Of a DNA stretch of 64,000 nucleotides, positions 1 through 9,126 are shown in pieces; positions within the stretch are counted from its first letter, which is position 1, and every line of letters begins with the position of its first letter. The notes under the pieces were generated by a model. It was not told the DNA's origin and did not search any database. It was given only the letters and a program-made list of their open reading frames with translations. Location: the sequence record MW749003.1; one strand, 5' to 3'. The translations under genes were made by a program, and so were the position numbers.

Positions 1-246
1 TCCAAACTCTTCTGCTAAATTACTAGTAAAACCAATAAGTATCTCAATATCCCTTTTTAATTCTCGAATATCAATATAATATGAATTATTTTTTTCTTGA
101 TCCCCCAATTGATAATTACTACCTTTATGTCTCAATGTCCTATTAGTATCATCAATAACAATGGGTCTCAATTTACCAAATATATTTGCATCATTTAACT
201 CCTTTACTAAATTCTCTAATGCTTCTAATGTAATATCTTTTCCCAA
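1..246 (-). CDS. Hypothetical protein, runs off window start
   Basis: GGAGG RBS then TTG at 246; frame open to base 1 (MGKDITLEALENLVKELND...); early-type motif at 285-300 upstream. Confidence 0.6.
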   Translation of the reverse strand, partial: MGKDITLEALENLVKELNDANIFGKLRPIVIDDTNRTLRHKGSNYQLGDQEKNNSYYIDIRELKRDIEILIGFTSNLAEEFG

Positions 247-284
247 GTGAAAAACCTCCATAATAATAAAACTTTATCATTAAT

Positions 285-300
285 ATAATATATATTTAAA
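285..300 (-). promoter_or_regulatory. Putative phage early promoter (TATATTAT class)
   Basis: Minus strand TTTAAATATATATTAT upstream of an operon start; same motif found at 8 other positions. Confidence 0.6.
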
Positions 301-322
301 ATTTATATTTACATTTACTATG

Positions 323-334
323 AACAATAGAATA
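323..334 (+). promoter_or_regulatory. Putative phage late promoter AACA-N6-TA
   Basis: AACA ATAGAA TA 32 nt before the RNAP subunit gene; matches the AR9 late consensus AACA-N6-T(A/G) as I recall it. Confidence 0.6.
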
Positions 335-365
335 GAGACATATTGAGATATGGAGGTTGAATTAA

Positions 366-1571
366 TTGGAAAAAGTACAAAAACCAATATCTATTTCAGA
401 TAAAGATAAAGACTTTTTATTTTCTCTTTCTGAGGAAGATATTACATTAGAAATGCTAGAAAAACTTTTCGCTAATAAAAAGAATACAAAAGCTATGTTC
501 AAGCCAAATGATATATTTGTATTACCAAAGGGTAGATTATACAATGATAAGAGTATGACAACAACTGTTGGAAGATATATCTTTAATTTATTCATGTTAT
601 CTCCTAAAATTATTCAATTAGTAGGATATCAAAATATTTCATTTGATGATGGTAATATTGGTGGATTGGAAAATACTCTTTCTGAATATTTGATTGAAGA
701 TAAAATTACAGTGCAAGAATTTGCAGATTATATTGACAAATTACAATGGCTTGGATTTATTACTGCAAAATTCTTAAATGCGTCACTAACTTATGATCTA
801 TTAGAGATACCTAAAGAAACGGATGCTTTGAAAAAGAAATTAATTCAAGAGCATAAAAAAGCATTGGAATCTGGTGATTTAATTGCTATTAATAAAATTG
901 AAAAACAGTTAGTAGCTGATGCAAAAGGAAGAGTATCTGATATTCCTGACTATCAAATTTATGCTAGTGGTGCTCGTGGAAGTTTTGGTAACAACTATAA
1001 GAATACTACATTACTTCGTGGAGCTATTAAAAATTTAGCAAATCCTGATCAAGTTCATATTTCAGATGCGTCATTAATGGAAGGAATACCACCAGAAGAA
1101 ATTCAATACTATTCAGATATTATCACCCAAGCATCATACAGTCGTGCTGTTGGTACTAGGGAAGGTGGATATGAATCCAAGAAGCTTAGTGCTGCTTTCC
1201 AAAACATTGTTTTAGATGATGAAGGTTCTGATTGTCATACTAAAAAGACTGTAACAGTTGAACTTAATAAGGGTAATGCAAATATGTTTATGTATAGATA
1301 TATTGTAGAAAATAATAAACTAGTATTATTAACTTCGGATAATATCAATAATTATATTGGTAAAATAGTTAAAGTCAGAAGTCCTCTATACTGCTTAAGT
1401 AAACAATACTGTAGTAAATGTGCTGGCGAACTCTACTATCGTTTAGGTATTAGGAACGTTGGAATTATTTCCAACCGTATTGGGACTTCTTTACTTAATT
1501 CTTCATTAAAGGCGTTTCATGACATGACTTTAAAAGTTGTAAATCTTGATATAGACAAATATATTGAGTGA
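366..1571 (+). CDS. rpoC: Phage multisubunit RNA polymerase beta'-like subunit, C-terminal part (probably virion RNAP)
   Basis: SGARGS, bridge-helix-like SRAVGTREGGYESKKL, DCHT, VRSPLYC..CSKCAG Zn site, trigger-loop-like IGTSLLNSSLKAFH; TTG start with GGAGG; virion assignment inferred from the late-type promoter. Confidence 0.92.
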   Translation: MEKVQKPISISDKDKDFLFSLSEEDITLEMLEKLFANKKNTKAMFKPNDIFVLPKGRLYNDKSMTTTVGRYIFNLFMLSPKIIQLVGYQNISFDDGNIGGLENTLSEYLIEDKITVQEFADYIDKLQWLGFITAKFLNASLTYDLLEIPKETDALKKKLIQEHKKALESGDLIAINKIEKQLVADAKGRVSDIPDYQIYASGARGSFGNNYKNTTLLRGAIKNLANPDQVHISDASLMEGIPPEEIQYYSDIITQASYSRAVGTREGGYESKKLSAAFQNIVLDDEGSDCHTKKTVTVELNKGNANMFMYRYIVENNKLVLLTSDNINNYIGKIVKVRSPLYCLSKQYCSKCAGELYYRLGIRNVGIISNRIGTSLLNSSLKAFHDMTLKVVNLDIDKYIE

Positions 1572-1599
1572 TTTTTAGAAATAAATTAAAAAAATACAC

Positions 1600-1639
1600 A
1601 GGTTCCTAACATTAGATTATTAACTAATGTTAGGAGCTT
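1600..1639 (+). promoter_or_regulatory. RBS-sequestering hairpin containing a late promoter
   Basis: TCCTAACATTAG (1604-1615) pairs perfectly with CTAATGTTAGGA (1624-1635), covering the AGGAG RBS; AACA-TTAGAT-TA at 1608-1619. Confidence 0.75.
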
Positions 1640-1643
1640 ATTA

Positions 1644-3416
1644 ATGCCAAGAAAAAATAAATATATTCCCAAATCCAATGATAAGATTAATAAATACAAT
1701 TACAATGACTTATTAAAATTAGAAACTGATGGAAAATATGAATTTCTTGAAAATTATATTAAATCAACAACACCAATAGAATGTAAACATTTAGATTGTG
1801 GAAATATCTGGAGAGTAGCACCTTATGAAATAATTAAAAGAGGATCAAGATGTCCTTTATGCGCTAATAAAATTAGGGCAGAAAAAGAGAAGTCAAATAT
1901 TGACGAATTGAATAATTTGCTTTTTGAATCATATGGTTATTATCCATATAATTTTATAGGAGAATATATTAACCATTCAACACCTATAAGAGTAAAATGT
2001 AATATATGTAATAATGAAAGCAATATCACACCTGGAAATATAAAAAATAATATTAGATTAAAAAGAAAACCATTATGTAAACAGTGTAATATTAATAGAA
2101 TGAAAGATAATAAAGCTAGTAATGAAGAATATGAAATAAAATTATTGAAATTATTTAATAAAAAGGAATATGAGATATTAGAAGATTATAAAGGGGTAAA
2201 AGAATCAATAAAGCATAAATGTATTGATTGTGATTTAGAATTTAATGTTAAACCACAAAATATTATTTATGCTAAAACAAAACACAATAGAAAATATTGC
2301 CCTAGATGCAATAATATGGAAAGAGATATTAGAAGTTATGAAGAAAGATTAAAAGATTCTAATCCAAATATTATAGCATTAGAAGAGTTTAAAGGTAGAC
2401 GTACCCCAATTATGCATAAATGTTTAAAATGTAAAAATCAATGGTTAAGCGCACCTAATAATAGACTCAATGGAGAAGGATGCCCAAAATGTTCTAATAT
2501 ATTCACACAATCCAAAGGAGAAAAAGAAATTATAGATTTTATTACAGAGAATTATAAAGGTGAAATAATTCTTAGAAATAGATCAATATTAAATGGCAAA
2601 GAGTTAGATATTTATTTACCAGAATTGAAAATAGCCATTGAATATGATGGTTTATATTGGCACAATGAAAAACATAAAGGAAAGAATTATCATATCGATA
2701 AGACTAGAAAATGCAAAGAACATGGAGTAAGACTTATTCATGTATTTGAAGATGAATGGGTTAACAAAAATGAGTTAGTTAAATTCAAACTTCTTCATAT
2801 TCTTGGAATAAATAATCAAGAAAAAATATATGCAAGAAAATGTTATATTGAGGAAATTGATAGTTCTCTTAAAAATGAATTCTTAGAACGGAATCATATC
2901 CAAGGAAAAGATAATGCTAGTATTAAATTAGGATTATGGCTTCCAAAAGAAGATGGTGATGAATTAATTGCTATTATGACATTTGTTAAAAGAAGATTAG
3001 CACTAGGTTCAAAACATAAAGGAGAATTTGATTATGAACTTAGTAGATTTGCAACTGATAGGGACTATCGTGCTATAGGTGCATTTGGAAAGTTATTTAA
3101 ATATTTTATTGAAAATTATGAACATGATAGTATTATAACATATGCTGATATTAGATGGTCTGAAGGAAATGTATACATCAAAAATAATTTTGAATATACA
3201 CATGATAGTAGACCAAATTACTGGTATGTGGATAGAAATGATGGTACTAAACGAATTCATAGATTTAATTTTAGAAAACAAGAACTCAAAAATAAATTTC
3301 CTGAGATATATGATAGCGGTTTAACGGAGTTTGAAATAATGGATAATACAAATTTTTACAGAATATGGGATTGTGGTAATATGGTATTTAAATATGAAAA
3401 AAAAAATAAAGGTTGA
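1644..3416 (+). CDS. Free-standing homing-endonuclease-like protein (Hef-like): CxxC Zn-ribbon repeats + Vsr/EDxHD nuclease + C-terminal GNAT/Mom-like domain
   Basis: Repeated C-x-x-C motifs; LDIYLPELKIAIEYDGLYWH; C-terminal YELSRFA and IITYADIRWSEGNVYIKNNFEY. Confidence 0.8.
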   Translation: MPRKNKYIPKSNDKINKYNYNDLLKLETDGKYEFLENYIKSTTPIECKHLDCGNIWRVAPYEIIKRGSRCPLCANKIRAEKEKSNIDELNNLLFESYGYYPYNFIGEYINHSTPIRVKCNICNNESNITPGNIKNNIRLKRKPLCKQCNINRMKDNKASNEEYEIKLLKLFNKKEYEILEDYKGVKESIKHKCIDCDLEFNVKPQNIIYAKTKHNRKYCPRCNNMERDIRSYEERLKDSNPNIIALEEFKGRRTPIMHKCLKCKNQWLSAPNNRLNGEGCPKCSNIFTQSKGEKEIIDFITENYKGEIILRNRSILNGKELDIYLPELKIAIEYDGLYWHNEKHKGKNYHIDKTRKCKEHGVRLIHVFEDEWVNKNELVKFKLLHILGINNQEKIYARKCYIEEIDSSLKNEFLERNHIQGKDNASIKLGLWLPKEDGDELIAIMTFVKRRLALGSKHKGEFDYELSRFATDRDYRAIGAFGKLFKYFIENYEHDSIITYADIRWSEGNVYIKNNFEYTHDSRPNYWYVDRNDGTKRIHRFNFRKQELKNKFPEIYDSGLTEFEIMDNTNFYRIWDCGNMVFKYEKKNKG

Positions 3417-3441
3417 TTAATTTCAACCTTTATTTTTTTTT
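3398..3441. terminator. Bidirectional intrinsic terminator
   Basis: A-tract-TAAAGGTTGA / loop TTAATT / TCAACCTTTA-T-tract between convergent genes. Confidence 0.85.
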
Positions 3442-3694
3442 AGTCATACAATCCCTCATTAACAATCTCTAACATTTCATATTTTGTAAGTGGTCTTCCT
3501 AATCCATTAATATTAGGTATCTTGTAATTCTTTTCCCAACCCTTAAATCTAGCTCTTATTCTAGCAATGAATTGTATTTTCTTTTTAGTCTTTTCTGAAC
3601 CATCTTTAATCATCAATTCAGCAATCATGAAATCCATATCAATAATAGATTTTGCACGCAACAATTTTAATATGTCTAATGTCTTAGTTGTCAT
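3440..3694 (-). CDS. Hypothetical protein
   Basis: 84-aa ORF with AGGAG RBS in a tightly packed minus-strand operon. Confidence 0.65.
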   Translation of the reverse strand: MTTKTLDILKLLRAKSIIDMDFMIAELMIKDGSEKTKKKIQFIARIRARFKGWEKNYKIPNINGLGRPLTKYEMLEIVNEGLYD

Positions 3695-3706
3695 AACTTC
3701 TCCTAA

Positions 3707-4042
3707 TTAATTTAAGAATTTTATTTCTCTAATATAATCTTCCTCATCATAAGATACATTAATTTTGTCGCCCTTCTTGAGTGATTTAAAAACCTCTTCA
3801 CTTCCTGCATATAATTCTCTATTATTTCCTGAATCAGATAAAATAATCTTAAATGTATCTCTTGAATTTTTTCCTTTTCTTTCTATTTTTACCTTATCAA
3901 TTATTGTTGAATTATCTATAGTTGAATATTCTTTATATGTGTTAGTTGATGGTTTTTTATTATCTATAGTAGTATTGGTGCTTACTTGATTGCATCCTAC
4001 TAATAAGGCTGATAATAATCCTACAATAACTAATTTTTTCAA
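3707..4042 (-). CDS. Putative lipoprotein
   Basis: MKK + hydrophobic stretch + lipobox LLVGC. Confidence 0.7.
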   Translation of the reverse strand: MKKLVIVGLLSALLVGCNQVSTNTTIDNKKPSTNTYKEYSTIDNSTIIDKVKIERKGKNSRDTFKIILSDSGNNRELYAGSEEVFKSLKKGDKINVSYDEEDYIREIKFLN

Positions 4043-4072
4043 AAGAATTACCTCACAATCATCAAGTATCTC

Positions 4073-4255
4073 TTATTTATTTTCTGACTTACTTAACTCA
4101 TACATCTCATCAAGTAAGTTCATAGAATAATCAAACATTTCACTATATATACTATAGTTTATTTCCCCTGTTGAGTTTAAACCATTTAGAAAATCAGCCA
4201 TTTCAGATTTTAGTTTTTCTTTTTTTGTTGCATTAGGTGATATCCCCCACGCCAT
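4073..4255 (-). CDS. Hypothetical protein
   Basis: 60-aa ORF, GAGGTG RBS, operon packing. Confidence 0.6.
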   Translation of the reverse strand: MAWGISPNATKKEKLKSEMADFLNGLNSTGEINYSIYSEMFDYSMNLLDEMYELSKSENK

Positions 4256-4267
4256 TTATTTCACCTC

Positions 4268-4591
4268 TTAAATTTTATTTGGATTCCATCTTAAATAATT
4301 ATCTTCTATAACTTCAGCTCTACTTTTTTCGTAGCTTCTTATTAATTCTGTCACTGCATGAATCAAATGATTATTGTCTGTTAAACAATAATCTCCTATT
4401 TCATAGTATTTATTTGTCTCTTTACTTACTAAAACCTTATATTTTCTAAATATCTTACCTTCTACTTTTTTGTATAAAGTGATCCTCCATTTAAATTGAT
4501 CTCCTAATGTTTTCCTAACTACGTTAACATAATAAGTACCTTTATCTGTTTTAATTTCCTTTAAATCCTTTTTATTAATCAATTTTACCAT
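4268..4591 (-). CDS. Hypothetical protein (probable paralog of 4575..4916)
   Basis: KWRITLYK motif and C-terminal YLRWN resemble the neighbour. Confidence 0.6.
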   Translation of the reverse strand: MVKLINKKDLKEIKTDKGTYYVNVVRKTLGDQFKWRITLYKKVEGKIFRKYKVLVSKETNKYYEIGDYCLTDNNHLIHAVTELIRSYEKSRAEVIEDNYLRWNPNKI

Positions 4592-4916
4592 CCCACTTAT
4601 TGTAATTTTCTTTTATCTTTTTAACTTTGGTACTACTTTTTTCCTTTTTGAATTCTATAGATTCAATATGTTCAATTTCATCTTTTATAAATTCAATAAG
4701 CATGTTGTCTGGCTCTAAACTTGGTGTGAACCAATCTGTTTCAACTTCTCTAATATGCTTAAGATTGTATCCAAACCACCATTTTCTTTTATTTGCAGTA
4801 TATAAATTGACTAACCATTTATGCTGAAGTTCATTAAATGGAGGAGAATATCTTGATGTTTTTGTTACTATAACACCATATTTTCTTAGTTTTGATTCAA
4901 CTATTTTAATATCCAT
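4575..4916 (-). CDS. Hypothetical protein
   Basis: 113-aa ORF, AAGGAG RBS. Confidence 0.65.
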   Translation of the reverse strand: MDIKIVESKLRKYGVIVTKTSRYSPPFNELQHKWLVNLYTANKRKWWFGYNLKHIREVETDWFTPSLEPDNMLIEFIKDEIEHIESIEFKKEKSSTKVKKIKENYNKWDGKID

Positions 4917-4931
4917 TTTTAATCTCCTTTA

Positions 4932-4968
4932 AAAATATAAAGGATAATTAAATTATCCTTTATATTTT
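4932..4968 (-). terminator. Intrinsic terminator after RNAP beta' N gene
   Basis: AAAATATAAAGGATAATT / AATTATCCTTTATATTTT inverted repeat just past the exon-2 stop. Confidence 0.7.
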
Positions 4969-4975
4969 CTTCTCT

Positions 4976-6592
4976 TTAGTTATTTAGAATAAAGATTCCC
5001 AAAATCTGATCTTTCTGTAGATCAAAATCTCCATTAAACCGCCCGTTATTTCTGTCTACTAAGAAATTCTGTGGTGATAATAATGAGAAATGTTCTTTCA
5101 TCTTATTATCAAATACTGGAATGATATTCAGTACGTCCATTCAGTTTATATAAGAGCGCAACCTCTCATACCATTGAGCTAACATTTCTGTTAGAATCAG
5201 ACTATATCTTAACTATTAATTCTATTACCAAATTAATAGTTCCTCCCTTTTCCATTTAAAGCTTTCGCTACCTCATTAGCTTAGGCTGTACTCTACTCAC
5301 TTCCAGATACCGTATTTCTCGAATATCCGTGTTTTCGATAGTCGTTGAACCTTACTATACATTGCTCCACTTAAATGTATTTAAAACCTGTATAGTCTTG
5401 GCTGCTGGTTGGCATATCTTAAATGACTTAGCTTCCCAGACAATTAAAGAGGTTTAAAGACGGCAATCGCCTTACCGTCATAGTCACCCGATAATGCAGA
5501 TAATAAGTTATTGCTGATCCCAAGTGTTAAGTCTTTATAATCTTTTTTAATAAGACCAATTTTTAGGTATAAAATACTACCAATACTAATAGTAGGGTTA
5601 CGGTTAAGTAAAAATGTACAACCGCCTTTAGTTTTTGTAATTAGTTCTTCCATATAGTTATATAACTCTTGATTAAATCCTAGTATGCCTTTTTCCCAAA
5701 ATTTTAGTGCTTCATTATAATTTATACCTTTTACTTTACTGATAAGATTGATAAGCTGAAACTTATAAAGTTCTGCAAATGTTTTATAAGGCATAGCAAC
5801 TTCATCAATAGGATGACCAATTAATGGTGTAATAACATTTCTAGCACTAAAGTTGATTCTAGAACCCATAATATTCTTTCTTAGAAATCCTTTTTTACCT
5901 CGAAGGTATTCACTAATAATTCTTGTTAGGATATTATTGGCATAGAATTGCATATTATAAAGTAATGGTAATAATAGTAAATCAATGCTGTCATCAGATA
6001 CTACACCCTCATTAATCTGGTTTATGTACTCAATAACAAAGTTGTAGTAATTATTAATCTCATCAAATGCTAATACTTTTCCTTTACTCCCTGTTAATAA
6101 TGTGGCTGGTCTAAGTTTGTGTGAAAATACTGGTAGTTTATTAATAAAAATCTTATCATGATTTTCAATTAAGAAATCATATTCTTTTTGATATTTCTTT
6201 TTATCAGTGTATTTTTCAAGGAGATCATCAAAATTATCCTTAAACTTTACTAACCCGATATAATCATCTTCCCCAATTTCTTCTGTTAGATCAATATTCT
6301 CACCGTTTTGATCAATAGACTGTTGGTAGTTAATAATTTTATTAATACTTGGAATACATTTTTTGATGATAGTAAATAAGATTGGGTTGATAATATAATA
6401 AGGTTCAATATTAATCCATCCAATAGTATCTATATCCTTATCATCATCGTCTTCATTATAACTACCAAATATCCTTTCTGAGTAAATACCGTCATCAGAG
6501 AATTCATGATTTTCAATTGGATTAGCTCTTGTAATTAAATTCTCTTCATTGTAAATCTCATTAAAATCGATTAAGGATAGTTTCTTCCCCAT
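4976..6592 (-). CDS. rpoC: Phage RNA polymerase beta'-like subunit, N-terminal part with catalytic DxDGD (probably non-virion RNAP); spliced join(6592..5474, 5137..4976), 426 aa
   Basis: SERIFG, LPV..LRP, GKKGFLRKNIMGSRINFSAR, NRNPT; exon 1 ends SGDYDG and exon 2 (53 aa, absent from the ORF track) reads DVLNIIPVFD...QKDQILGIFILNN, completing DYDGD. Confidence 0.93.
5138..5473 (-). mobile_element. Group I intron (ORF-less, 336 nt) in RNAP beta' N gene
   Basis: P1 GACGGU|..GCCGUC with U-G at the splice site; core elements CAGCAGCCAAG, GGTTCAACGACTA, AAGATATAGTC; terminal G at 5138; removal restores frame. Confidence 0.92.
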
Positions 6593-6759
6593 ATTCTGTT
6601 TTCCCCCTATTTTATCTTTCTAATACACTTGAAAATTTTCTTTTTTGTAAATCTAAAATACACTATCTCTATTATAACTGTTTTCTATTCTCTGCGCAAG
6701 TAAAATTTTTTAAATTTTGTCAACAATCTTCTCTCCTTCCTAAAACTATAATCATAAAA

Positions 6760-6774
6760 ATAATATATATTTAA
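6760..6774 (-). promoter_or_regulatory. Putative phage early promoter
   Basis: Minus strand TTAAATATATATTAT upstream of the beta' N gene. Confidence 0.6.
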
Positions 6775-6785
6775 TTTTATAATAG

Positions 6786-6820
6786 AATAAGCAAAGACTT
6801 TCTTATAGTCTTTGCTTATT
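6786..6820 (-). terminator. Intrinsic terminator
   Basis: 14-bp stem AATAAGCAAAGACT / AGTCTTTGCTTATT at the end of the structural operon. Confidence 0.8.
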
Positions 6821-8030
6821 TAAATAATTGCTTCGCTGTAGAATCATTTATAATCCCATCAGCTTTCATTCCCTTAGATGATTGAAATTTAATAACTGCT
6901 TGCATAGTAGTCTCATCAAACCATCCGGTAGGTTCTAATATATAGCCTAAGTCATTTAAACGTTGCTGTACTAAACGAACATCATCACCAAATAACATAG
7001 GTGTAGTATACATAAGTGTCCTTTTTATAAAAGTAAAACTTGTGTCAGTAATTTGACTCCATGTAATTGGTCCAACTTTTCCATCTACAGTTAATGAATG
7101 TGATTCCTGAAAATTTTTAACCGCAGATTCAGTACTACTATCATAAAAACCATTAGAGTTACATTCATAACCTAAAAGCTGTAATCTATTCTGTAATCGC
7201 TTAATATCATTTCCATATAACTGATTATTGTTATCAAAGTATAATATTCTAGAAAAGGTCATTCTATTTTCAAAAAATTTTAATGATAATTTCTTTATAA
7301 GACTAAAAGTCTCGTCATTAACTATTCCATCTGGAATTAAGTTATAGCTTTTTTGGAAATTAAGTACTGCTAACATGGTAGTATTGTCAAAATATCCATT
7401 AGTATCACAGTTGAATCCAAATAGATTTAACATTGTTTGTAATTCTGTTACATCATTACCAGTGACAGGTTTTTTTGAATCAAAGTATAGTGTTCTGTTA
7501 CCAAATGCATATCTCAATAACCCATTAGGTGCTTTTCTTACAGGCTCAATTGACACATTAAGTACATTGGCTATAATCTCATTCAATGGAAAGAATATTC
7601 CCGGATTGCTTTTATCAGTAAGAATCTCATCTAAAGCGTATATAGTCTTTAAAGTAGAATTATTATTTCTTAAGTATTGTATGAGTAAAACAATTGAATT
7701 CTTTTGTATAGTTGGCATTAATTCGGATGTATAATCACCTTCTACGCAAATTCCAATACTATTTCTATTGAAGTCCATTCCTGTTTGATCATCATGAGCA
7801 AATTCGCCAATTGTATCCAAAGATCTTCCTCTAAAAATAACACCTTCTTTTGAGATAAAAAAATGACCTCTAAACATAGTCTTTCCATTCTCATATTTAT
7901 CTTCTCTATCTAAATCATAAATGGAACAACCTGATCTTTCAGAACTAAAAAGAATGAGGAACAGTGGTCTGTTCCCCTTTCTTGGTTCTCCATTAGGAGT
8001 TAGATATGTCTCTATGATATTTAATGACAT
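6816..8030 (-). CDS. Amidase_2/PGRP-fold protein with three peptidoglycan-binding (PG_binding_1) domains; probably catalytically inactive
   Basis: GHFFISKEGVIFRGR, NSIGICVEGDY, NPG.FFP; three DV..LQ..L...G..G.F...T..AV..FQ....L..DG repeats; Zn ligands appear substituted. Confidence 0.8.
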   Translation of the reverse strand: MSLNIIETYLTPNGEPRKGNRPLFLILFSSERSGCSIYDLDREDKYENGKTMFRGHFFISKEGVIFRGRSLDTIGEFAHDDQTGMDFNRNSIGICVEGDYTSELMPTIQKNSIVLLIQYLRNNNSTLKTIYALDEILTDKSNPGIFFPLNEIIANVLNVSIEPVRKAPNGLLRYAFGNRTLYFDSKKPVTGNDVTELQTMLNLFGFNCDTNGYFDNTTMLAVLNFQKSYNLIPDGIVNDETFSLIKKLSLKFFENRMTFSRILYFDNNNQLYGNDIKRLQNRLQLLGYECNSNGFYDSSTESAVKNFQESHSLTVDGKVGPITWSQITDTSFTFIKRTLMYTTPMLFGDDVRLVQQRLNDLGYILEPTGWFDETTMQAVIKFQSSKGMKADGIINDSTAKQLFK

Positions 8031-8036
8031 ATTATC

Positions 8037-8579
8037 CTAACCTTCCTTTTTGTAGGTATTATAAAGAGATGTTATAATATTAAATTCATTATCAACATAA
8101 GCTAAATCACCTATATCATCTATTGCTTTTTTAGCATCAACTTCATAATCATCCATCCAACCAACTTGAAGGTCATTAGCTTTTTCTAAATTAAGAATTA
8201 TTTTCTTAATTCTTTCAATTTTCTTTGCAGTACCTTTATCTAGTTGGTCAAGATATTTTATTTTTAAAAGTATCTTTTTACCAAACTCATAGGTTTTATT
8301 TTGAGCCTCAACTGCATCCTCAAAATCCCCTTTTAAGAATGTTTCAATATCTTCTAATAAGTTAAGAATAACATCTGTTTGTTCATCAACGTCATGTTTT
8401 AATTCATTAATATCTTCAAGTTTGTCTTCTATTTCTTTAGTTTTACTAACAATTATACCATTCTTATTGGCAGATATATGACCATCAAATCGATTCATTA
8501 TCAACTGTCCGGGCTGAGAGTCTTTTGCAAATTCTTCAGAAAGAGGTTGATATGCGAATCTTCCATTATAAGCCATCAA
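8037..8579 (-). CDS. Putative virion coiled-coil protein
   Basis: N-terminal PL..GQ....DGH....G..SKTKE module then heptad-rich helix; shared with neighbours. Confidence 0.65.
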   Translation of the reverse strand: MMAYNGRFAYQPLSEEFAKDSQPGQLIMNRFDGHISANKNGIIVSKTKEIEDKLEDINELKHDVDEQTDVILNLLEDIETFLKGDFEDAVEAQNKTYEFGKKILLKIKYLDQLDKGTAKKIERIKKIILNLEKANDLQVGWMDDYEVDAKKAIDDIGDLAYVDNEFNIITSLYNTYKKEG

Positions 8580-9112
8580 TATCCACCTCCAATTTGATCT
8601 AAACCAGATTTGTTACTTATTTTTTGATTAGTTATATCATTAGCCAAGAATTTCATTTCATCTATAGTTGCTTTTAGTTTAAGAATATCTTTCAGATTAT
8701 CAACTATAGGATCAAGAAAAGGACGAATTTCTTTATATTGAAAATCCTTCAATTCTTTACAAAAATTATCTATTAGTGTCATTAAACTCTCAACATCTGC
8801 ATCCAATTCTGTTAAGCTGACATATAATTCTTCTGCCCTATCTCTAACCTTTTTAGTATCATCTTTTAATACATCTATAGAGTTTAGTAATCTTTCAATT
8901 TCTTCAGCTAATTCAATAAACTTTTTAACAAGCTTATTTTTATAACTGAGGAGGGCATTTGCCCTAGCCTCAAGTTCTTTTGTTTTACTTTTATACTTAC
9001 CATTATGCTTAATTGTTACATGCCCAGTCTTCTTATCAAGGATGATTTCTCCTTCTTTAGCATTAAACATATTTTTCTCAAGCAATGGTCTTATTACAAT
9101 TCTCCAATCCAT
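8576..9112 (-). CDS. Putative virion coiled-coil protein
   Basis: PL..GE..D..TGH....G..SKTKELE module then coiled coil. Confidence 0.65.
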   Translation of the reverse strand: MDWRIVIRPLLEKNMFNAKEGEIILDKKTGHVTIKHNGKYKSKTKELEARANALLSYKNKLVKKFIELAEEIERLLNSIDVLKDDTKKVRDRAEELYVSLTELDADVESLMTLIDNFCKELKDFQYKEIRPFLDPIVDNLKDILKLKATIDEMKFLANDITNQKISNKSGLDQIGGGY

Positions 9113-9126
9113 TGATTATCACCCAA

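Noticed and set aside
3440-3694. Ugi (uracil-DNA glycosylase inhibitor), suggested by 84-aa length and PBS1-like context
   Set aside because: Sequence is basic and unlike the acidic Ugi as I recall it
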